In this document: piece after piece, positions 10,415-19,431 of the stretch | Position numbering within the stretch: the stretch's first letter is position 1 | Layout: each line of letters opens with the position of its first letter | Assembly (NCBI GenBank): GCA_947631335.1 | Contig: CANRKZ010000002.1 | Coordinates: 1 to 57,537 of the forward strand | DNA: 57,537 bases | Source of the DNA: an uncultured Clostridia bacterium | GTDB taxonomy: Bacteria; Bacillota; Clostridia; TANB77; CAG-508 | Direction: 5' to 3' | Translations under genes and position numbers: made by a program | The notes under the pieces: generated by a model | Database searches by the model: none | What the model saw: only the letters and a program-made list of their open reading frames with translations | Told to the model about the DNA's origin: nothing

Positions 10415-10524
10415 TTTTACTATGATAATTTTAATGTCTTTAAGAGTTTCAAAAATTATTACCAGAATGATTGACTTCTGGTACACAATTGCGGTACCAT
10501 GTCTCCAGTAAGGAGGTAGGTATT

Positions 10525-11079
10525 ATGTTGATAGGTTATAAAAGATGCTCAACACAAGAGCAAAAATTAGATAGACAAACTGATATATTAAGTGAATATG
10601 GTGTTAGTAAAATCTTTGAGGAAAAGATAACTGGAACTAAAAGAGATAGACAAGAATTAAATAAAATGCTAGAAATGTTAAGAGAAGGAGATATTATAGT
10701 TGTTACTGATTTAACACGATTATCACGCTCTACAAAAGATTTATTTGAAATTGTAGAAACTATCAATAATAAAGGGGCTGAAATCAAAAGTCTAAAAGAA
10801 AGTTGGCTTGATACAACTACGCCTCAAGGCAAATTACTATTTACAATATTTGCTGGACTTGCTCAATTTGAAAGGGACTTAATCGCAGATAGAACTAAGG
10901 AAGGACTTGCTTCTGCAAAGAAAAGAGGTAAGACACTTGGTCGTCCTTGCAAATTTCAAGATAAGAAAGAAACTATACTTAATATGTATAATTCAAATGA
11001 TTATTCTATAAGTGATATTATTACTGCAACTGGAATATCTAAAACAAGTTTATATAGATTAGTAAATGCAAATATATAA
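10525..11079 (+). CDS. small serine recombinase (resolvase/invertase family)
   Basis: MLIGYKRCSTQEQKLDRQ catalytic-Ser N-terminus, LSRSTKDL, C-terminal HTH. ATG at 10525 after aaggagg. Confidence 0.9.
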   Translation: MLIGYKRCSTQEQKLDRQTDILSEYGVSKIFEEKITGTKRDRQELNKMLEMLREGDIIVVTDLTRLSRSTKDLFEIVETINNKGAEIKSLKESWLDTTTPQGKLLFTIFAGLAQFERDLIADRTKEGLASAKKRGKTLGRPCKFQDKKETILNMYNSNDYSISDIITATGISKTSLYRLVNANI

Positions 11080-11086
11080 AGAAAAC

Positions 11087-11121
11087 GGTGTCTGATAATT
11101 GTATTACAAATATCAGACACC
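11087..11121. terminator. bidirectional terminator between convergent genes
   Basis: ggtgtctgata ... tatcagacacc perfect 11-bp stem. Confidence 0.6.
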
Positions 11122-11128
11122 ATTGTTG

Positions 11129-11620
11129 TTAAATGGCAAGAATCAGCAAATTACCACCAGCAAAAGACCTACTGAAGCCGAAACGAACATGCTTAGGCTT
11201 GAACATTTCCTTGATTGAATCGATTACGAAGCCATATTCAGGTGCGGCACATATAATAAGATTGGAATCATCCCAATATCCGATTATGCCAGCTCCTTTT
11301 GCTCCTTGTATCATACTGTCATCCAATCTGACATAGTTACCAAACTTTATGGCTCTTACACCGTCTGCTTCAACAAGTTCAAGTGGAACTTTGTTAATTG
11401 TTCCATTTTTGTCTGTGGCTCCAAATGCTGTTGCCATAGGCTTGATGCCGAAATCTTGCTCTCCACAATATGCATAGGAAAGGCAAACACCTTTTAATGT
11501 ACCTTTGCATTCTTCTGGAGATGGTTTCTTTCCGTCATCATACCGGTATAGCTTGAATTCGATGGTTCTGTCATCTTCAGTAAGAAGATATGTTTCCGGT
11601 GATACATGACTAAAATCCAT
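11129..11620 (-). CDS. hypothetical protein (element cargo, 163 aa)
   Basis: ATG at 11620 after aggagg. No family recognised. Contains one of only two sense CGG codons in the window (11543-11545). Confidence 0.6.
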   Translation of the reverse strand: MDFSHVSPETYLLTEDDRTIEFKLYRYDDGKKPSPEECKGTLKGVCLSYAYCGEQDFGIKPMATAFGATDKNGTINKVPLELVEADGVRAIKFGNYVRLDDSMIQGAKGAGIIGYWDDSNLIICAAPEYGFVIDSIKEMFKPKHVRFGFSRSFAGGNLLILAI

Positions 11621-11745
11621 AATGATACCTCCTAACAATTGTTTTGGAAATTTAACAACTTGCTATCTTATTTAATTCGCATAGCTACGAATGATAATTT
11701 TATTTTACCATATTTTACATAAAATATCAATAGAATGGGGGAATT

Positions 11746-12081
11746 CTACTTGACATTGCTTTCTACATTCAATTTAGTTGCTATGATATAACCAAATAAG
11801 AATAATTGCTGTTCTTCTTCATAAGACATTTGATTTGTAATTTCCCAGTACTGTTCAAAAAGTTTCTGTTGTTCTTCTGTAAATGTAGATTCCATTTTGT
11901 CTGATATCCTTAATTGCTTAGTTCTTAACTTTTCATATTCCAAACCTGGAGTATATAATTCTTCTTCAAAATAACTAAATAATGTTTTAAGCAATTTCAT
12001 ATTACTAAAATCTATATTCTTCAAAGTATCTGTATCAAATATGCTGTCAAAATGCCTTAATATATCTTTTGCATTTTCCAT
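11746..12081 (-). CDS. hypothetical protein (111 aa; resembles small helical proteins of clostridial mobile elements)
   Basis: ORF with SD gaggaggtg. Architecture similarity only, from memory. Confidence 0.55.
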   Translation of the reverse strand: MENAKDILRHFDSIFDTDTLKNIDFSNMKLLKTLFSYFEEELYTPGLEYEKLRTKQLRISDKMESTFTEEQQKLFEQYWEITNQMSYEEEQQLFLFGYIIATKLNVESNVK

Positions 12082-12164
12082 TATAACACCTCCTCAAACC
12101 ATTCTAATTGATGGTTTCTAGCTTACCGCTGATGTTTTAATATGTCAATTTATTTTAAAAATAT

Positions 12165-12806
12165 CTATAAGCTATCAAAACCAAACCTTTTAAATAGTTT
12201 CTTTAACTTATTATAATCAGCTTTTCCTTTTGGCGTTTCAAGATTTCTAGGGTAGTAACATTGTCTTTCTTCATTGAATATCCCATCATTTAAGTAGTGG
12301 TATCTTGATAGTTCTAAGATAGTAGTGTTGTTTCTACTATTGGATTCAACTCCTCGAATGCTTATTGAAACACCATATTTACTTACACCATCTAATGCTG
12401 GTATTGATGTTGTTTCAATATCTGTATCTAACCACTTTTCTATCTCTTGACCATCTTCATTATATGCTTTTACAATGTAGCCGTTATCTTTTAGTACTAT
12501 CCAACTAGGGGTGTAACCTGTGATTCTATATGCTACAAGATTTGCTGAAGGTCTTTTTATAAAATCATAGTACATTACTTGGCATCTTCTATGTATATCG
12601 CTTGCTATTTTAACTGCTATGTCCGTTCTGTTAACGACAGCAATCATATTAGTGTCTGTTATTGCTAGTATATACAGTCTTAACCTTTCTGCTACTGTTT
12701 TTATATAGTCTATATCGTTTGCAGTACAATTATCAATTACAGTTACGGGAGCATTTTCCTTACCCTTGCTATAGCAAATTAGTTCGTCTAATGTTATTGT
12801 TTCCAC
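12165..12806 (-). CDS. hypothetical protein (213 aa, element cargo)
   Basis: ORF with SD aaggaggtg. No motif recognised. Confidence 0.55.
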   Translation of the reverse strand: METITLDELICYSKGKENAPVTVIDNCTANDIDYIKTVAERLRLYILAITDTNMIAVVNRTDIAVKIASDIHRRCQVMYYDFIKRPSANLVAYRITGYTPSWIVLKDNGYIVKAYNEDGQEIEKWLDTDIETTSIPALDGVSKYGVSISIRGVESNSRNNTTILELSRYHYLNDGIFNEERQCYYPRNLETPKGKADYNKLKKLFKRFGFDSL

Positions 12807-12989
12807 TTGTACACCTCCTTACTTATTTTTAGACATCACAAAAAGACTTGCTTTTAAACAGTTGAAATCCTTTTATTGTAGCTAGGATTCTACCGCCTAC
12901 TAATTTATTTTGCAAGTCCTTTTTAGTAAGTTCTATATAAGTTTTAAATTTTGTCAAGTATTTTTATATTCTATAAGTTTTAAATTTCT

Positions 12990-13220
12990 TCAAGCCTTTT
13001 TATATTCTTTCTTAAAGTATGGTTCTAGCAAGTAATTAACATTGCATAACATTGTTTTTGATTTGTCTAATAAGATTTTGACATATTTGAAATCAGTATA
13101 ATTTACATCAATTATAAACTCGCTATATAGTGAAAGTTGCTGACTGATTTTTTTAATATCAAATATATCTCTAGTTATACTGCTATCTCTTATATCTTCT
13201 TTTACTTCAACAATCTTCAT
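12990..13220 (-). CDS. hypothetical protein (76 aa)
   Basis: ATG at 13220 after aaggag. Confidence 0.45.
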   Translation of the reverse strand: MKIVEVKEDIRDSSITRDIFDIKKISQQLSLYSEFIIDVNYTDFKYVKILLDKSKTMLCNVNYLLEPYFKKEYKKA

Positions 13221-13277
13221 TATATTCACTCCTTGCATTATACTTTTTCTTACTCATTAATATTTTACCTAATTGTA

Positions 13278-15032
13278 TTAAAAAGTCTTATTATCTAATC
13301 TTCTTCTGCTAATATAAACTTCTTCTTTTGGAGGGTCAGGGATTGGTAGATTGTCAATATCAAAATAGTTTTCTTTTGCGGCTTTTAATATTAGGTTATA
13401 TAAACTCTCTAAACTATCAAATTTTGAACTATTATCTAAAGTGATTGGATTTATCCCTATTCTTTCAAGCATACGAATATATTTATCAACTGTAGCACTA
13501 CACCATGTTTTATGCTTACAATTATTACAAACCTTTGTAATTTCTTTGTTGTGACTTGCAGTAACTTGATTTAAATCATACTTATGCAAAGCAACTAAAA
13601 ACTGTTTTAATTTCGTTTTCCAATTTTTAGTATGATTAGATTTATCTATAATCTCTTTAGCTTTTTTTATATCATAGTTCTTATCTAAGTCAACATTCAT
13701 AACTGATATGCCCAGTGATTCTAAATCCTTTCTATATTTATTAACAGTTGCACCACACCAAGTATAATGCTCCTTTGCATTTTTATTTTTGGTTACACCA
13801 CTTATACCGTATCTGTTAACTTCAGCTATAAATTTCTTCAAATGAACTTTATCATTATTACTTAAACATTCTTTCTGATTTATCAATTTCTTTGCTGTCT
13901 TTAATTTATAGTATGTACCTGTATACAAAAAATCTTTTAAGAAATTAAAATAGTATGTATACATAGCTTCTTTACTCCAATAGGCATACAAATTTTTATC
14001 TAGCACTAACTTATCTTTAGTATCTGTTATAAGTTCTTTTACATTAGTTTGATATTCTTTACTTATTTCAGTCTGTCCCAATTCCTCAAGCATTAGGTTA
14101 ATCGTACCTATTTCTATTTCTAAATCATTAATATTTATGTTTTGCAGATTCTTTGGATACTTTATTTTCATACTTTCATATATTGATTCATTCACTAATT
14201 GATTTCTTTTTCTATCTATTCTTTCTTTTCTTGCTATTAGATTTTCTCTTTTGTCTATCTCTTTTAACAACTGATTTACTTCTTTTGTTGTGTCGTTTGC
14301 ATATTTATCAATGATTGCTGTACTTTGCCTTTTAATTAAGGTTTTTGTATTTTGTACTTCAATTCTAAATATATTCTTAAAGTCTTCATAAAAAGGAGGA
14401 TGTTTTTCTCTATATTCACTAAAACTGATTCCAGTTTGCTTATTTAATGTTTCATATTCTTTATAATACTTTTCTTTCTCATTATAGTATTTATCGTATA
14501 TGTTAATTGTTTTCTGTCCACTTTTAGATGTAAGATATATTGAAGTTTCGTATTCGTTTATTCTTTTGATATGTTTATATGTACTTTTGCTTTTATCTAA
14601 AAGATTTAGATATTCATACATTGTGTCATAATCTAAAAATAAATCAACACAAAAGTCAATTCGGTGTAAAAGTAATTGTGAATATGTTATTCCTAATGTT
14701 TCTCTAACTGTTTCGTTTATTATATTAATATATTTATCTCTGTCACTTAAAAAAATATCCATCTGTTGCAACACTCTATGTACATTTGCAATTAAAACTA
14801 CACATCTAAATTTGTCATAGTATTGAAATAGAATATTCTTATATTCGAATTCTATTCCATTGCTTACTATTTTTTCACTATCTAAAACTTGCGTACTACT
14901 ATATTTCCTATCGTATTTACCATATTCATTTATTATGTATTGAAACCTTCTATATACAATACCTAATTTTCGTATTCTATCTAAGTCTAACTGTATAATA
15001 CCATAGACTATAAAATTGATACTATCTATCAT
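13278..15032 (-). CDS. Rep_trans-like replication initiator with duplicated C-terminal modules
   Basis: IDSINFIV, HRIDFCVD, IYLTSKSGQKTINIYDKY and FRIEVQ follow the spacing of rolling-circle Rep_trans initiators. Two paralogous ~60-aa C-terminal repeats (…WCGATVNKYRKDLESLGI… / …WCSATVDKYIRMLERIGI…). Confidence 0.55.
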   Translation of the reverse strand: MIDSINFIVYGIIQLDLDRIRKLGIVYRRFQYIINEYGKYDRKYSSTQVLDSEKIVSNGIEFEYKNILFQYYDKFRCVVLIANVHRVLQQMDIFLSDRDKYINIINETVRETLGITYSQLLLHRIDFCVDLFLDYDTMYEYLNLLDKSKSTYKHIKRINEYETSIYLTSKSGQKTINIYDKYYNEKEKYYKEYETLNKQTGISFSEYREKHPPFYEDFKNIFRIEVQNTKTLIKRQSTAIIDKYANDTTKEVNQLLKEIDKRENLIARKERIDRKRNQLVNESIYESMKIKYPKNLQNININDLEIEIGTINLMLEELGQTEISKEYQTNVKELITDTKDKLVLDKNLYAYWSKEAMYTYYFNFLKDFLYTGTYYKLKTAKKLINQKECLSNNDKVHLKKFIAEVNRYGISGVTKNKNAKEHYTWCGATVNKYRKDLESLGISVMNVDLDKNYDIKKAKEIIDKSNHTKNWKTKLKQFLVALHKYDLNQVTASHNKEITKVCNNCKHKTWCSATVDKYIRMLERIGINPITLDNSSKFDSLESLYNLILKAAKENYFDIDNLPIPDPPKEEVYISRRRLDNKTF

Positions 15033-15318
15033 TATTATCCCTCCTAAAATCTTAAATTTCTTTAATCATTACAAATATTGATATGAATACATTTGTAGGC
15101 TATCTATATATAATTTTTTTTATTAAATATACATATATTATCTATCTGCTCTTATTCTTTTTAATAGTTTTAAGTTACTTAAAAAAAATAGGACTTGCTT
15201 CTATTTAACAAGTTCTATTTTACTTATTCTTCTTTTAACTTCACATACTAATTGTATGGTCTAATCTTAAATATTGGTTCATTCTATTGTATTTTACTTA
15301 TGTTGTACTATCAAAGGG

Positions 15319-15325
15319 GCAACAT
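15319..15325. repeat. right junction core GCAACAT (attR side)
   Basis: Identical to 7899-7905. Confidence 0.8.
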
Positions 15326-15731
15326 CTGCTGCTAAGTCTTCTTGTAAGTTTGCAATCGGATCTCCTTTACAAGCAATATATGCTGCTGTAAATGGAACAC
15401 CTGCTGCTGATGATGGATATACATCTACGCCATGATCTGTATAATATGGTGCTAAACCCGCCTTTTCGATTTCTTCAATTGATGCACCATCAGTAAGTTG
15501 ATGCACAATAGTTCCAACCATTTCTAAGTGAGCCAATTCTTCTGTACCAATATCATTTAAAATTGCTTTTGATTTTTGATCTGGCATACCAAATCTTTGA
15601 GATAAATATCTTAAAGAAGCGGCAAGCTCTCCATCAGGTCCACCATATTGAGATATAATTACCTTAGCTAATTTTGGATCTGTGCATTTAATATTGATTG
15701 GATATTGTAACATTTTGTTATAAGTCCACAT
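15319..15731 (-). pseudogene. cotJC: cotJC 5' segment (MWTYNKMLQYP...QEDLAADV)
   Basis: Mn-catalase/CotJC motifs GGPDGELAA and GTEELAHLEM. The ATG at 15731 overlaps the cotJB stop (TAATG). Homology ends at the GCAACAT core, followed by 9 junk codons and a stop at 15294. Confidence 0.9.
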
Positions 15732-16051
15732 TAATAATTCCCCCTTTCCCATGGCCATGGCATCTCAAGCCATCTCCACTTATTACAAGGGTAATTAATG
15801 GTAAGAGGTCCATATACTTTTTGGTATTTATCTTTTAATTCTTTTACTTGTTTACAGTATTTATTATGCAAACAAAGTGCTTTTTGATCTTCTGGGTGAG
15901 TGTCTAAATACAATGCAAGTTCATTAATAGCAAAATCATATGATCTAATTTGATTTATCATTTCTCTTCTTAAGTCACAATCTACTTTATTTTCTTCTTC
16001 ACACTCAGTATTGCAATTACATCCACAATTTCTATTTTCTTCTACTGACAT
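15731..16051 (-). CDS. cotJB: spore coat protein CotJB
   Basis: YDFAINELALYLDTHPEDQKAL...YGPL matches the CotJB signature. Confidence 0.85.
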   Translation of the reverse strand: MSVEENRNCGCNCNTECEEENKVDCDLRREMINQIRSYDFAINELALYLDTHPEDQKALCLHNKYCKQVKELKDKYQKVYGPLTINYPCNKWRWLEMPWPWERGNY

Positions 16052-16404
16052 TGATTACACCCCTTCCCAATTTCATTTGTTTTTCTTATATAATTCATTT
16101 CTTCCATTGATTGACCTGGTACATAAGGACTAACCAATTCTGGGAATATAGTTCCCATTTTTAATCCAACAGATGGCTTAAAAGTTTTATCCATATATTG
16201 ATAAGGTACATAACTTTGTGCTAACATTGGATTTTCTGGAAACACATTATATTCCTCATCAAAGCCACATTCACAGCTATCCATATAATCTTCATATGAA
16301 ACAACATCGTTACATTGATTTTCTAAGATATCAGATTGCATTTCACAAGAATTATTTTGGTAGCTATTGTTCATGCAGTAACATTTTCTATGATTTCTAA
16401 ACAT
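16042..16404 (-). CDS. cotJA: spore coat-associated protein CotJA
   Basis: YVPYQ...GLKMGTIFPEL..PY signature. ATG at 16404 after aaggagg. Confidence 0.8.
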   Translation of the reverse strand: MFRNHRKCYCMNNSYQNNSCEMQSDILENQCNDVVSYEDYMDSCECGFDEEYNVFPENPMLAQSYVPYQYMDKTFKPSVGLKMGTIFPELVSPYVPGQSMEEMNYIRKTNEIGKGCNQCQ

Positions 16405-16520
16405 ATCTTTCTTTCCTCCTTTTACTTTCATTATATGATTTTATTCGACAAATGCTACTACATTTTGTATATACATCATAAAAACACCTGTATCTAAATA
16501 CAGGTGTTTTTAATCTTTAA

Positions 16521-16712
16521 TTATGCATTTTCAGTTTCTTTTTTAGCTACTACTTCTTTTCCATCATAATATCCACAATTTTTACAAACTCTATGTGGCA
16601 TTACTGGTTCATGACAATGTGGACAGCTTGAAAATGTTGGATTCTCTTTTTTCCATGTTGATCTTTTTGAATGTGTTCTTGCTTTTGACCATCTTCTTTT
16701 TGGTTGTGCCAT
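16521..16712 (-). CDS. rpmF: 50S ribosomal protein L32
   Basis: MAQPKRRWSKARTHSKR...CPHC...HRVCKNCGYY. ATG at 16712 after aagggggg. Confidence 0.9.
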   Translation of the reverse strand: MAQPKRRWSKARTHSKRSTWKKENPTFSSCPHCHEPVMPHRVCKNCGYYDGKEVVAKKETENA

Positions 16713-16853
16713 TCTAATTCCCCCCTTGCTAAAGATATATGTATATATCTGTTTCAATTTTATCAAATTTATTTTAAATATGACCATCTACTTTTTTGGT
16801 CACTATAAGATTATACAAGTATTTTTCTTTTTTGTCAATAGTTGGTAGCTGGT

Positions 16854-17399
16854 TTATTCACAATATTTTTTATAGATTGTTCTTACATTATCTCTTGTTA
16901 AAGTTTTATCAATTCCTTGTTTAGCAACTTGAGTTAAAATTACTGTTATAAATTTCTCTATTTTAGGATTTAACATTTTCTTAGTCTTTTCTCTTTCCTT
17001 TTGCCAATAAGATAACTGATATTCATTTGTCCAATTTTTACCTTGATAAACCATACCTGCTGCCAATTTATCACAAATCATCTCTACTGCATATTTATAT
17101 GGAATAACAGGTGTTGGATCTGGAGCTAATTCATCTACCCAATATTCTGGATGGTGTTTATTTCTTCCTTTATGATGTAACCATGCCTTTGAATATCCAT
17201 CTGTTTTTTTTGCCTCAGTAATAGGAGAATATGTTCCTACATAATATTTAACACCTTCTCTAAACTCTGTTAAAGAATATTTGGATACATCATGAACAAA
17301 TCCTCTCCATGGTTCTCCTGTTTTACAACACAATTTAAATACTAACCATTTATGATGCGTAATTAATTTAAAATGTTTTATTGCATTACTTAAATACAT
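16854..17399 (-). CDS. DUF5662-like conserved hypothetical protein
   Basis: FKLITHHKWLV...HDVSKYS...WLHHKGRNKHHPEYW pattern recalled from Firmicute homologs. Confidence 0.6.
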   Translation of the reverse strand: MYLSNAIKHFKLITHHKWLVFKLCCKTGEPWRGFVHDVSKYSLTEFREGVKYYVGTYSPITEAKKTDGYSKAWLHHKGRNKHHPEYWVDELAPDPTPVIPYKYAVEMICDKLAAGMVYQGKNWTNEYQLSYWQKEREKTKKMLNPKIEKFITVILTQVAKQGIDKTLTRDNVRTIYKKYCE

Positions 17400-17526
17400 T
17401 CGTTTCCCCTTTTCTTTTTTACTTATAGTTTACTACAACTTTTTTCTCAAATCAATAAATTTTATTTACTTTTTTGCATACAATATAAAAGTATATTTTA
17501 AATAATAAAATAGATGGAGGTAAAAT

Positions 17527-19375
17527 ATGTGTGGATTTGTTGGATTTGCTAATTTTAAAAAAGATATTTCAAAAAATAGAGATTTATTAGAAACTATGAA
17601 TAATACTCTTTCCAAAAGAGGTCCTGATGAAGAAGGATATTACATAGATCATCATGTAGCATTAGCCCATAAAAGATTGATTGTTGTAGATCCAGAAGGT
17701 CGGAAAGCAACCCATGATTGAAACATTTTCTTTTGGGAAATATATTATAGTATATAATGGGCAAATATACAACACAAAAGAATTATGTAAAACTTTAGAA
17801 GACCATAACTTTAAAATTTATTCTCATTCTGATACAGAGGTTTTATTAAAAAGTTATATTTATTATGGTGAAGAAGTACTACAATATTTAAATGGAATAT
17901 TTGCTTTTGCCATTTGGGATACAAATAAAAATGAAATATTTTTAGCTCGTGATCATTTTGGTATTAAACCACTATTCTATACAAAAATAAATGAAACCTT
18001 TCTTTTTTCATCTGAAATAAAGGCTCTGTTTCCATACCCTGGCGTAGAAAAAATATTAAATGAACAAAGTATTTCAGAATTATTTGGAATTGGTCCAGCT
18101 CATACACCTGGCACTACTGTTTTTAAAAATATTTATGAAATAAAACCAGCTCATTTTGCTATATTTAATGAATCTGGACTTCATATAAAACGTTATTGGA
18201 AGTTACATTCTAAAAAACATACTGATACTTTTGAAGAAACTTGTGATAAGTTAAAATTTTTACTAAATGATGCGATTACTAGACAACTCGTTTCTGATAT
18301 GCCTTTATGTACTTTTTTATCTGGTGGATTAGATTCTAGCATTATTACAAAATTTGCTTCTGACTATTGTAAAAAACAAGGATTACCACCTTTAGATACT
18401 TATTCAATTGATTATGTAGATAATGATAAAAATTTCGTCAAAAGCGATTTTCAACCAAACTCTGATAATTTTTATATTAATTTAATGAATGAAAAACTTT
18501 ATACAAACCATCATAAAATTGTTGTTGATACACCAGAGCTTGCATACGCCTTAGAAGATGCTATGCTTGCACGCGATATGCCTGGAATGGCTGATATTGA
18601 TTCTTCTTTGTTACTATTTTGTAAAAATGTAAAAAAAGAGATGACAGTTAGCTTGACAGGAGAATGTGCAGATGAGATATTTGGTGGATATCCGTGGTTT
18701 TTCCGTGAAGATGCTTTAAAAAGTAACACATTTCCTTGGTCAATTGCTTTAGAAGAAAGGCAAAAATTATTGAATCCTAATATTGGAAATAAAATTAAAC
18801 TAAAAGAATATATTGATTATCGTTATCAAGAAAGTTTGAACGAAGTAGAAATATTAGATTCAGACTCTAGTGAAACAGCAGAAAAAAGAAAAATATCTCA
18901 CCTTACTTTAAATTGGTTCATGCAAACCTTACTTGACAGATCCGATAGAATGGCAATGTATAATGGTTTTGAGCTTCGTGTTCCTTTTTGTGATTATCGA
19001 TTAGCTCAGTATGTATGGAATATTCCTTGGGAATGGAAAGCATTAAATGGCAGAGAAAAAGGATTGCTTCGATATATTTGTAAAGACTTCCTTCCAAAAA
19101 CTATTGTAAATCGAAAAAAATCTCCTTATCCTAAAACACATAATCCAACCTATTTAAAAAAAGTAAAACAAATGTTAACAAAAATTATGGAAGATAAAAA
19201 TGCCCCCATTAATCATCTATTAAATAGAGAGTATATTTTAGAAATTCTAAAAACAGATGGTAAAGCATTTACAAGACCTTGGTTTGGTCAACTAATGACA
19301 GGTCCACAACTTATGGCTTATCTTTGCCAAGTAAATATGTGGTTAGAAAGGTATCAACTAAAAATTGAGATATAA
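17527..19375 (+). CDS. asnB: asparagine synthase (glutamine-hydrolysing); reading it requires a +1 shift at 17701
   Basis: MCGFVGF Ntn start. DPEG[G]KQPM is restored only by skipping C17701. SGGLDSS PP-loop downstream. Confidence 0.85.
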
Positions 19376-19391
19376 ATTATAAATTATAAAA

Positions 19392-19424
19392 ACTCGAAGT
19401 CATAAATTGTAACCTCGAGTTTTT
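19392..19424 (+). terminator. intrinsic terminator after asnB
   Basis: actcgaag ... cctcgagt followed by tttt. Confidence 0.55.
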
Positions 19425-19431
19425 AATAATT

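Larger units (their letters stand above)
7899..15318 (-). mobile_element. 7,420-bp integrated element interrupting cotJC (serine-recombinase intervening element / small integrative element)
   Basis: Deleting this interval restores an in-frame cotJC. It carries a large serine recombinase, a resolvase and a Rep_trans-like gene, and its ends form an attP-like dyad. Confidence 0.85.
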
